Positions 7,579 through 14,542 of a DNA stretch of 16,785 nucleotides are shown piece after piece. Position numbers and translations under genes: made by a program. The DNA is from a virus. The first letter of the stretch is position 1, and each line of letters begins with the position of its first letter. The notes beneath the pieces were generated by a model. That model did not search any database, was not told the DNA's origin, and worked only from the letters and a program-made list of their open reading frames with translations. The stretch lies in UHGV virus genome UHGV-0061980; one strand, given 5' to 3'.

Positions 7579-8229
7579 ATGAAAACTCAATTGATGGGAG
7601 AGCGCATTCGCGCTCGGAGAAAAGAACTCAAGATCAGGCAGGCCGCACTTGGAAAGATGGTCGGCGTGTCTAATGTTGCCATATCTCAGTGGGAACGCTC
7701 TGAGACAGAGCCAAATGGAGAGAATCTTCTCGCCCTGGCTAATGCGTTGAAGTGTTCCCCTGACTATCTGATGAAAGGAGAGGAAAGTCTTTCAAACATT
7801 GCCTATCACAGTAGGCATGATCCAAGAGGGTCATACCCTCTGATTAGCTGGGTGAGCGCAGGATGCTGGATGGAAGCTGTAGAACCATATCATAAGCGTG
7901 CAATAGATAACTGGTACGATACAACCGTAGACTGTTCAGAAGATTCGTTTTGGTTGGACGTGAAGGGAGACTCAATGACGGCTCCGGCCGGTCTCAGTAT
8001 CCCTGAAGGAATGATAATACTCGTCGATCCTGAAGTAGAGCCGCGTAACGGGAAACTGGTAGTTGCAAAGCTCGAAGGAGAAAACGAGGCAACTTTCAAG
8101 AAGTTAGTTATTGATGCAGGCAGGAAGTTTCTAAAACCACTTAACCCACAATATCCGATGATCGAGATCAACGGAAACTGCAAAATCATCGGCGTAGTTG
8201 TCGATGCAAAACTAGCAAACCTTCCATAA
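7579..8229 (+). CDS. c2: Prophage repressor, P22 c2-type (LexA-like S24 peptidase C-terminal domain), 216 aa
   Basis: The translation is nearly identical to the P22 C2 repressor as recalled (QLMGERIRARRK.LKIRQAALGKMVGVSNVAISQWERSETEPNGENLLAL...). HTH N-terminal domain; autocleavage elements GDSM and the downstream Lys are present. Confidence 0.95.
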   Translation: MKTQLMGERIRARRKELKIRQAALGKMVGVSNVAISQWERSETEPNGENLLALANALKCSPDYLMKGEESLSNIAYHSRHDPRGSYPLISWVSAGCWMEAVEPYHKRAIDNWYDTTVDCSEDSFWLDVKGDSMTAPAGLSIPEGMIILVDPEVEPRNGKLVVAKLEGENEATFKKLVIDAGRKFLKPLNPQYPMIEINGNCKIIGVVVDAKLANLP

Positions 8230-8231
8230 GG

Positions 8232-8253
8232 GGGGCATTCGCCCATTTTTTTT
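8232..8253 (+). terminator. Weak intrinsic terminator candidate after the repressor gene
   Basis: Short GGGC/GCCC stem with a 4-nt loop immediately followed by an 8-T run. The stem is weak, so this is tentative. Confidence 0.35.
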
Positions 8254-8296
8254 ATTTCCTTTAAAAATCAAAGCCAAACTTAAGTTACGAAAGAAA

Positions 8297-8350
8297 ATTT
8301 AAGTTTTCTTCAAAAATACTCTTGACCATTAATTAAAGAGATCTTAAATT
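8297..8350 (+). promoter_or_regulatory. Left operator / pL region: operator palindromes at 8297-8314 and 8332-8349; pL -35 TTGACC (8322-8327), 17-bp spacer, -10 TAAATT (8345-8350)
   Basis: AATTAAAGAGATCTTAAATT closely matches the OR site AATTAAAGAACACTTAAATT. The operator overlaps the -10, and the promoter points at N. Confidence 0.7.
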
Positions 8351-8396
8351 TAAGCCATCAGCAGGACGCTGGTAGCCAAACGGAACAGATTGGCAG

Positions 8397-8437
8397 GCTC
8401 TTTAACATTGATGGGATTGTCCCGCCGAAATGCGGGA
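8397..8437 (+). promoter_or_regulatory. nutL: boxA GCTCTTTAACA (8397-8407) plus boxB hairpin TCCCGC-CGAAAT-GCGGGA (8420-8437)
   Basis: Same boxA and boxB sequences as nutR, located between pL and N. Confidence 0.6.
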
Positions 8438-8544
8438 ACCAAAGAGTAGTTGGCTTTGGGGTGACGTGAAGTGCAGCTGCACGACGGCAACTGGAAGATA
8501 AGCACCCGGCGCGTCACCGCCAAAGTCAATCATCGGAGGTCAAC

Positions 8545-8844
8545 ATGACAGTAGTCATTACATATCTGGCTGACGATAACGCCAGAAATCGCCGCAGAGC
8601 ACGCAGACAGGCTCAACGTGAACAGGCAATGCAAGAGCAGCGACTGGCGCGAAAAATTGCGCTAAAGCTCTCTGGTTGCGTCAGAGCAGATAAAGCAGCA
8701 TCACTCGGAAGCCTTCGCTGTAAGAAAGCAGAAGAAGTCGAGCATAAACAGAACCGTATTTACTACCGCAAGCCACGCAGTGAAATGGGTGTGACTTGTG
8801 TTGGTCGCCAGAAAATAAAATTAGGCAGCAAACCACTTATTTGA
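8545..8844 (+). CDS. N: Antitermination protein N (phage 21 / lambda-family type), 99 aa
   Basis: Arg-rich N-terminal motif (NARNRRRARRQAQREQ) and a C-terminus RIYYRKPRSEMGVTCVGRQKIKLGSKPLI that resembles lambda N (...GITCSGRQKIKGKSIPLI) and phage 21 N as recalled. GGAGG SD 5 nt upstream; downstream of pL/nutL. Confidence 0.85.
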   Translation: MTVVITYLADDNARNRRRARRQAQREQAMQEQRLARKIALKLSGCVRADKAASLGSLRCKKAEEVEHKQNRIYYRKPRSEMGVTCVGRQKIKLGSKPLI

Positions 8845-8855
8845 GAGGAATTAAT

Positions 8856-9479
8856 ATGTCATCAATCCGCTTAACTACGAGAATGAAAGAGGAAATCGCT
8901 CGTAACGCTTTAATTAAGTCTGGGGTTTTCACTGAACTTGAAGAAGTAACAAAGTTAAAGAACCAGCTTGCACTTGACGCCAGAGTTATTGCGTTTGGCG
9001 GTAAAAAGAAAACTGAGGAAGTGGATCAGTTATCATCCAAGTTGGTAGCTATAAGTGAAGAACTTGAAAAGATGGGATGTTCATTTTACTCATACGATGT
9101 TAGTTCTACTTCAATTTATCTGACTGTATCTGGCAGAAGGGTTGGATGGCATTCATATGGGAAAGACGGCAACGGCGAAGATATATTGCTCCCTACTCCG
9201 ACCAAAGATAAATGCATGTTTAGCGCAGAACACGAAATAACAAAAAGGTTTGATGAAATCTGCGCATTGCAACAAAAACTTGAAGCCAAGAAAAAGGATA
9301 TCGAATCAAATGTATGGGCTGCTTTGAACTCAGTCACAACAGTTAAGCGACTTATTGAAGTTTGGCCTGAAAGCAAAGAATTGCTACCAAAAGAAGCAGA
9401 TAAAGCAAGTACAGCACTTCCTGCTTTACGGGTAGAAGATTTGAATAAGATGATTGGACTTCCTTCCGAGGCCGCATAG
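8856..9479 (+). CDS. Hypothetical protein, 207 aa, first gene of a low-GC insert after N; function unknown
   Basis: ATG at 8856 preceded by GAGGAA; the start MSSIRLTTRMKEEI lies 20 codons inside the listed ORF, which otherwise overlaps N. About 38% G+C by manual count on the first 120 nt versus about 50% in N. No transmembrane-like hydrophobic stretch; no family recognised. Confidence 0.6.
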   Translation: MSSIRLTTRMKEEIARNALIKSGVFTELEEVTKLKNQLALDARVIAFGGKKKTEEVDQLSSKLVAISEELEKMGCSFYSYDVSSTSIYLTVSGRRVGWHSYGKDGNGEDILLPTPTKDKCMFSAEHEITKRFDEICALQQKLEAKKKDIESNVWAALNSVTTVKRLIEVWPESKELLPKEADKASTALPALRVEDLNKMIGLPSEAA

Positions 9480-9494
9480 TCGGCCTTTATTTTT
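9469..9494 (+). terminator. Intrinsic terminator immediately after the 207-aa gene
   Basis: Stem AGGCCG/CGGCCT with a 6-nt loop containing the TAG stop, followed by TTTATTTTT. Confidence 0.6.
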
Positions 9495-9613
9495 GGCACT
9501 AACAACAGAATAAACACTGCACTGTGTATTCATTCCAACGAGTGAATACACGGAGCAATGTCGCTCGTAACTAAACAGGAGCCGACTTGTTCTGATTATT
9601 GGAAATCTTCTTT

Positions 9614-9640
9614 GCCCTCCAGTGTGAGGGCGATTTTTTA
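9614..9640 (+). terminator. Second intrinsic terminator, directly upstream of the 122-aa gene's RBS
   Basis: Stem GCCCTC/GAGGGC with a 6-nt loop, followed by GATTTTTTA. Confidence 0.55.
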
Positions 9641-9659
9641 TCTATGAGGATATGAATAG

Positions 9660-10028
9660 ATGTCAAACATCAAAAAATACATCATTGATTACGACTGGAA
9701 AGCATCAATAGAAATTGAAATTGACCATGACGTAATGACAGAGGAAAAACTTCACCAGATTAATAATTTCTGGTCAGACTCTGAATACCGACTCAATAAA
9801 CACGGCTCTGTATTAAATGCTGTATTAATCATGCTGGCGCAACATGCTCTGCTTATAGCAATTTCAAGCGACTTAAATGCATATGGTGTTGTGTGTGAGT
9901 TCGACTGGAATGATGGAAATGGTCAGGAAGGATGGCCTCCAATGGATGGTAGTGAAGGAATAAGAATTACCGATATCGATACATCAGGAATATTTGATTC
10001 AGATGATATGACTATCAAGGCCGCCTGA
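9660..10028 (+). CDS. Hypothetical strongly acidic protein, 122 aa; function unknown
   Basis: Clean ORF with GAGGA upstream. About 22 Asp/Glu versus about 8 Lys/Arg by manual count. Very AT-rich (about 28% G+C in the first 60 nt by manual count). No family recognised. Confidence 0.6.
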   Translation: MSNIKKYIIDYDWKASIEIEIDHDVMTEEKLHQINNFWSDSEYRLNKHGSVLNAVLIMLAQHALLIAISSDLNAYGVVCEFDWNDGNGQEGWPPMDGSEGIRITDIDTSGIFDSDDMTIKAA

Positions 10029-10100
10029 GCGCGGCGTTACCGCATACCAATTACGCTTCACTCGAGGCGTTTTTCGTTATGTATAAATAAGGAGCACACC

Positions 10101-10226
10101 ATGCAATATGCCATTGCAGGGTGGCCTGTTGCTGGCTGCCCTTCCGAATCTTTACTTGAACGAATCACCAGTAAATTACGTGACGGATGGAAAAGAGTTG
10201 AGGTCTTATTATGCGCAATGAAATAG
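10101..10226 (+). CDS. cIII: CIII (lambda-type FtsH inhibitor), short 41-aa variant (below the ORF-track cutoff)
   Basis: MQYAIAGWPVAGCPSESLLERITSKLRDGWKR matches the lambda CIII N-terminus and central helix as recalled; the C-terminus diverges and is shorter. Strong SD AAGGAG upstream. Confidence 0.8.
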   Translation: MQYAIAGWPVAGCPSESLLERITSKLRDGWKRVEVLLCAMK

Positions 10227-10363
10227 CCATTAATCACCAGATGCTTCGTGCTGCACAGAACAAAGCAGTAATAGCCAGATTTATTGGTGATTCAAAAATG
10301 TGGCTTGAAGCAAATAAAGCGATGAAATCAGCTATCAACCTTCCGTGGTATCGCAGGAAATGA
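10211..10363 (+). CDS. kil: Kil-like host cell-division inhibitor, 50 aa
   Basis: Manual translation MRNEIAINHQMLRAAQNKAVIARFIGDSKMWLEANKAMKSAINLPWYRRK. The IA.FIGD.KM core resembles lambda Kil as recalled. Overlaps the cIII 3' end; same position as lambda kil. Confidence 0.5.
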   Translation: MRNEIAINHQMLRAAQNKAVIARFIGDSKMWLEANKAMKSAINLPWYRRK

Positions 10364-10444
10364 GTTTTACAGATAACTGGTCAGACGAAGAATTCATTCG
10401 TCAGATGAACAAAATGCTCAATCAGCACAAAGAACAGGAGAAAG

Positions 10445-10756
10445 ATGATGATTCTGACTCTGAATGATAAGCGTGAAATATCGCAAATAATCGCAAGTTT
10501 TACTGATGAAGATTACGAGCGAATCAACAGTGAAGTTGTTCGCCTCTGCAAACGTTGCGACCCAATAAGCGAAATGCTTCGCTCATATAAACCAGATGAA
10601 CACACTAAGGACGCTATCGACTGGCTGGAAGATGATGATTGTAACTATCAGGAAAAAGCCGCTGAATGGTTCTGGGATGCAATAACCGAAAGAGTTAAGG
10701 CTGAATATGCCTTCGCAATATTCAAACGCAGACACATTTATGGAGAAGCAGCATGA
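10445..10756 (+). CDS. Hypothetical acidic protein, 103 aa, immediately upstream of recT (the positional equivalent of lambda gam)
   Basis: AGGAG SD upstream of ATGATG; ATGA overlap with the recT start. Net acidic. No family recognised. Confidence 0.55.
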   Translation: MMILTLNDKREISQIIASFTDEDYERINSEVVRLCKRCDPISEMLRSYKPDEHTKDAIDWLEDDDCNYQEKAAEWFWDAITERVKAEYAFAIFKRRHIYGEAA

Positions 10757-11664
10757 GCAATATCGTTGAATTCGTTAAACAGCAGGAGCAGTTATTCTGC
10801 GGAGCATTGACTGAACAGACGGTGACATGGGCTAAGGAAAGCCAGTTTGCAATTCAGTATTTCCAGAAAAATGATTACCTGGCTAAAACAGCACTGGCAA
10901 ATCCAACCAGCGCACAGAACGCCATCATCAATGTTGCGGCGATCGGCATCACCTTAAACCCTGCAAGCAAACTGGCTTATCTGGTTCCGCGCGATGGCAT
11001 GGTTTGCCTTGATATCAGCTATATGGGATTGCTCCATATTGCAATGGAGTCTGGTGTTATCTCATGGGGTCAGGCAAAACTTGTTCATGCTAACGATACC
11101 TATGAGTCAAACGGGCTTGATAAAGCACCAACCCATAAATACAACGCCTTCGGTGATCGTGGTGATATCGTTGGCGTTTACTGCACAGTTAAGACGCCAG
11201 CAGGTGATTATCTAACGGAAGAGATGAGTCTGGCTGAAATTGAGGCTGTAAGGAAAACAAGCAAGGCAGCATTCAGCGATAAAGGACCATGGGTAAATCA
11301 CTGGAATGAGATGGCGCGAAAGACGGTCGTAAAGCGTGCAAGCAAGTATTGGCCTAAGGCATCACGTCTTGATAGTGCTATTCACGTACTAAACGAAGAA
11401 GAAGGTGTGTGGACTGAACCAGTTATGCCGCATAAATCAGAGGAAGATATCCGCGAAGATGAACGGAAACGCCAGCAGGAAATAACGGAAAAAGCACAAC
11501 TTCTTTGTGATGAAATGGCTCAGGCTGAAAACATGGATGATTTGAAGAGATATTTTGCAGAAGCATATCGCCTGACATCTGGAATGAAATTGCAGCAGAA
11601 CGTACAAGCCATTTACATAGAATGCAAAGCGAAACTGGAGGTTGCCAGTGAGCAAACTATATGA
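10753..11664 (+). CDS. recT: RecT-family single-strand annealing recombinase, 303 aa
   Basis: The motif GPWVNHWNEMARKTVVKRASKYWP matches the conserved RecT region (Rac RecT GPWVTHWEEMAKKTAIRR...KYLP as recalled). Size and position fit the phage recombination module. Confidence 0.85.
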   Translation: MSNIVEFVKQQEQLFCGALTEQTVTWAKESQFAIQYFQKNDYLAKTALANPTSAQNAIINVAAIGITLNPASKLAYLVPRDGMVCLDISYMGLLHIAMESGVISWGQAKLVHANDTYESNGLDKAPTHKYNAFGDRGDIVGVYCTVKTPAGDYLTEEMSLAEIEAVRKTSKAAFSDKGPWVNHWNEMARKTVVKRASKYWPKASRLDSAIHVLNEEEGVWTEPVMPHKSEEDIREDERKRQQEITEKAQLLCDEMAQAENMDDLKRYFAEAYRLTSGMKLQQNVQAIYIECKAKLEVASEQTI

Positions 11665-12130
11665 AATTGCCAATGAATACGCAAAATTGATGGATTCAGA
11701 TTTAGAACCAGAGATGATTGCTGACACAATAGAAGGCATGGAAGGAGAATTTACCGATAAAATAGAACAACTTCTTTCCGTCATTAAAAATGAATCTGGT
11801 TATGCCGAACGCCTCAAGGAAGAGGCAAAGTCACTGAATGAGCGAGCCGCAGTAATTCAAAATAAGATTGACAGCATCAAATCATATATAGCGTCATCGC
11901 TTGAAATGGTTGGCAAGAAAAATATTCGAGCAGGTATTCACCAGGTAACAATCCGCAAACCGTCAGAAATTGTAGAAATAATCGACTCAAGCGCCCTTCC
12001 TCCTGAATACGTTGAGTTTGAAACGACAATTAAAGCCGACAAACTGGCAATCAAGCACCAACTAAAAGCAGGAATAAATATTCCCGGTGCTCAACTCAAG
12101 GTTGGGAAACCTTCACTTCTTATCAAATAA
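11648..12130 (+). CDS. Gp157-like (Siphovirus Gp157 family) protein, about 160 aa; GTG start
   Basis: GGAGG sits 6 nt upstream of the GTG at 11648; the listed ORF begins at an upstream TTG. Coiled-coil-like sequence of a size and position (directly after recT/erf) typical of this family; assignment from memory only. Confidence 0.45.
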   Translation: MSKLYEIANEYAKLMDSDLEPEMIADTIEGMEGEFTDKIEQLLSVIKNESGYAERLKEEAKSLNERAAVIQNKIDSIKSYIASSLEMVGKKNIRAGIHQVTIRKPSEIVEIIDSSALPPEYVEFETTIKADKLAIKHQLKAGINIPGAQLKVGKPSLLIK

Positions 12131-12141
12131 CGGTATCGCCT

Positions 12142-12456
12142 ATGAAAAAGACTCCATGGGAGAAATGGGAAGTCGATTTCTTGCGCGAAGTATCGGCGAC
12201 AATGCCAGTTGAAGTTATTGCTGAAAAACTGGAAAGGACTGAAAAAGCAGTTATGGCGAAAGCAACAAGGATTGGCGCTGACATTGTTAGCCGACTTCGT
12301 GGAAGACGCTGGACAAGAGCAGAAGTATCACTTTTCGGTAAGTTCTCCGCAGAAGAAATAGCAATTGCAACCTGCCGCTCAATTTATTCAGTAAGGGCTA
12401 TGCGATACAAGCTAAAAAAACTCGATGAAGAAAGAGCAGGCATACGAATAAATTAA
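12142..12456 (+). CDS. Hypothetical DNA-binding protein, 104 aa, with two tandem helix-turn-helix-like repeats
   Basis: Internal repeat W-x3-EV-x2-(L/F)...SA-x-E(I/V)-x-IA...R...(A/S)V-x-A seen twice (residues about 6-45 and 57-95), a pattern typical of Myb/SANT- or GcrA-like HTH modules. Confidence 0.5.
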   Translation: MKKTPWEKWEVDFLREVSATMPVEVIAEKLERTEKAVMAKATRIGADIVSRLRGRRWTRAEVSLFGKFSAEEIAIATCRSIYSVRAMRYKLKKLDEERAGIRIN

Positions 12457-12472
12457 CATGGAATAATTAACA

Positions 12473-12754
12473 ATGAAGCTAAACATCGACCTCGGCAAAT
12501 ACGTTATCACCGGAACCAAACACGATCTGATTCTTAGCGAAAGAGGAATTATCAAAGAAGGCGAGAATGCAGGGAAAGAAACACTAAGTCGTATCGGTTA
12601 TTACAGCAAGTTTGAGCATCTGGTTAAAGAGTTATGCAACCGTGAAATCCTGTTATCTCAGGCGCAGACGCTACAGGATATTCAGCAGCATATCGAGACT
12701 TTAGGTGTGTCACTTAGCATGGCTATTGACCAGTTCGTTGAGAGTAAATCATGA
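12473..12754 (+). CDS. Hypothetical protein, 93 aa
   Basis: Clean ORF on the operon strand; its stop overlaps the next start (ATGA). No family recognised. Confidence 0.5.
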   Translation: MKLNIDLGKYVITGTKHDLILSERGIIKEGENAGKETLSRIGYYSKFEHLVKELCNREILLSQAQTLQDIQQHIETLGVSLSMAIDQFVESKS

Positions 12755-12915
12755 GAGGACTTGCATACAATCCCGGCATTCTTCCGGCAGAAATGATTAT
12801 TCGCCAACGCGTAAAGCCAATGCCATCGAGAGAGGAATTACTTAAGCAAAACTCGTTTCCATCAGTGAATCAAAACAAATATCTGAATGCGATGTGGCGG
12901 AGTGGGAAGAAATGA
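12751..12915 (+). CDS. Possible small coupled ORF, 54 aa (below the ORF-track cutoff)
   Basis: ATGA overlap with the upstream stop and with the downstream start ([54 protein letters not shown]). Supported only by this coupling geometry. Confidence 0.3.
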   Translation: MRGLAYNPGILPAEMIIRQRVKPMPSREELLKQNSFPSVNQNKYLNAMWRSGKK

Positions 12916-13475
12916 AACAAATGTCACTAATTGAGATGGATAGTTTTCTGAAAGGTAAATGCATCCCACGAGATTTAAAGGTTAACGAAACAAACGCTGA
13001 ATATCTGGTGCGTAAATTTGCTGAAGCGGAGGCCAAGATTTCGGCTCTGTCCGAAGACCACCAGAAAGCGATTGAGTCAATTAAGCAGGCTGATGCGGCT
13101 GTTAAGTTGGCACACGAGAAGTTTTCGGCGCTGGCAGCGGAGAATGCCTCAATGAAGCTGTTTATCAGGGGCTGTTGCTACGTGTTTGATGGCCAGCAGG
13201 ATGAAATATCTGATGCGTATATCTGCGCAACAGACGGAGGGATGCCGCAAATTCCAGCCACCGACGCTTTCCTGGCTGAAGTTCGGGCGCAGGGCGTGGA
13301 TGCTGCTATAGAAGCTGCAAAAAATCTGGTGGCCCAAGAATATGAGTATAAGGATTTCAAAGCGGCGCAGAGTGATTGCTGTATGCACCCTGGTTCAGAC
13401 CTGGTAGGGAAGGTTGAAATGACTGAGTGGTTAGTTGACTTTGCTGCCCAGCTTCGCAAAGGAGGCAACCAGTGA
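12912..13475 (+). CDS. Hypothetical protein, about 187 aa, with a coiled-coil N-terminus and a Cys-containing C-terminus
   Basis: ATG at 12912 follows GGAG; an alternative GTG start at 12894 has no SD. Its stop overlaps the GTG start of the Ea22-like gene. Confidence 0.5.
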   Translation: MKQMSLIEMDSFLKGKCIPRDLKVNETNAEYLVRKFAEAEAKISALSEDHQKAIESIKQADAAVKLAHEKFSALAAENASMKLFIRGCCYVFDGQQDEISDAYICATDGGMPQIPATDAFLAEVRAQGVDAAIEAAKNLVAQEYEYKDFKAAQSDCCMHPGSDLVGKVEMTEWLVDFAAQLRKGGNQ

Positions 13476-14050
13476 GCGAAATTAATTACCAGGCACTGCG
13501 TGAGGCGGCGGAACGTGCAATTCCAGCAATGGAACGCCTGTTAATGTTGCCAGCTGATGATGATTTGATAAGTGAACAGGAACTTAAAGATTACGGTGTG
13601 GATATTGATGCGCTCAACGCCTTCAAATTTCTGGCCGGACCAGAAACCGTGCTGGCGCTGCTGGATGAACGGGAAAGAAACCAGCAATACATAAAACGCC
13701 GCGATCAGGAGAACGAGGAAATTGCGCTAACGGTAGGGAAGCTGCGTGTTGAGCTGGAAGCCGCAGAGAAGCGCATTGCAGAACTGGAAACACGGGAAAT
13801 AAAACCAGCCAAAGGTGAAGTTCTTGTCGTTGTTTCTGGTTTTACTGGTTGCGGAAAAAGCGCCATTGCCGGGGAAATAGAAATTGCGATGAAGGCTATT
13901 GGTGTACCGGTTCAGAGGACTAATGGCGATGCGGAAAAGCGCATGACAGGAGCTGACTGGCTGACAGCGATTGAGATGTACAAACCAACAGTGCGCATCG
14001 TGGAAGTTAATGTGCCACGCGCCGCTGGCATCAAGGAGGAGTCTGAGTGA
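13472..14050 (+). CDS. Ea22-like (Ead/Ea22 family) protein, 192 aa, with a C-terminal Walker-A-like motif
   Basis: [14 protein letters not shown]... and LALLDERERNQQYIKRRDQENEEIALTVGKLRVELE match lambda Ea22 as recalled. GGAGG SD before the GTG start. The C-terminus contains VLVVVSGFTGCGKS (G-x4-GKS). Confidence 0.7.
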   Translation: MSEINYQALREAAERAIPAMERLLMLPADDDLISEQELKDYGVDIDALNAFKFLAGPETVLALLDERERNQQYIKRRDQENEEIALTVGKLRVELEAAEKRIAELETREIKPAKGEVLVVVSGFTGCGKSAIAGEIEIAMKAIGVPVQRTNGDAEKRMTGADWLTAIEMYKPTVRIVEVNVPRAAGIKEESE

Positions 14051-14541
14051 TGGTCATTTCACCTATAACGCTGAAAGCGGCGCAGGAATTTATCGCACAG
14101 CACCACCGACACAATAAACCACCAGTGGGGCATAAATTCAGCATTGGTCTGAGAAATAATGCCGGAGAATTGATAGGTGTGGCGACAGCTGGTCGACCTG
14201 TTGCACGACATTTCGACGATGGATTAACGCTTGAAGTAAATCGCACATGTACCACAGGAGAACGCAACGCTAACAGCGCGCTTTATGGTGCTATCTGGCG
14301 GGCAGCAAAAGCTATGGGTTATCAACGTTGTATTACGTACACCCAGGCAGATGAATCAGGAGCATCTCTTCGCGCAGTTGGTTTTGTTCGTGTGAAAGAG
14401 CTTCCTCCAAGAAAAAGCTGGGCGGAATCAAGCGTCGCCCTGCGGAGTAAACGCGATCCGGTCGGAAACGGTGGTATTCCTCGTGTGCTCTGGGAAATCA
14501 GGAGAATGAGTACCACTGGCATTGGCATCAAAGGAGGGTGA
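14050..14541 (+). CDS. Conserved-looking hypothetical protein, about 163 aa (HHRH motif; possibly an acetyltransferase-like fold, unverified)
   Basis: ATG at 14050 overlaps the Ea22-like stop (TGATG); AGGAGG upstream. Fold assignment is a guess from motif spacing only. Confidence 0.5.
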   Translation: MVISPITLKAAQEFIAQHHRHNKPPVGHKFSIGLRNNAGELIGVATAGRPVARHFDDGLTLEVNRTCTTGERNANSALYGAIWRAAKAMGYQRCITYTQADESGASLRAVGFVRVKELPPRKSWAESSVALRSKRDPVGNGGIPRVLWEIRRMSTTGIGIKGG

Positions 14542-14542
14542 T

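Noticed and set aside
9116-9517. 133-aa minus-strand ORF antisense to the 207-aa gene
   Set aside because: Ser/Leu-rich low-complexity translation typical of the antisense frame of an AT-rich gene; no RBS; it would conflict with the co-directional operon organisation.
10360-10467. 35-aa ORF overlapping the kil stop and the start of the 103-aa gene
   Set aside because: Too short and supported only by an ATGA overlap; it conflicts with the better-supported start (AGGAG SD) of the 103-aa gene.
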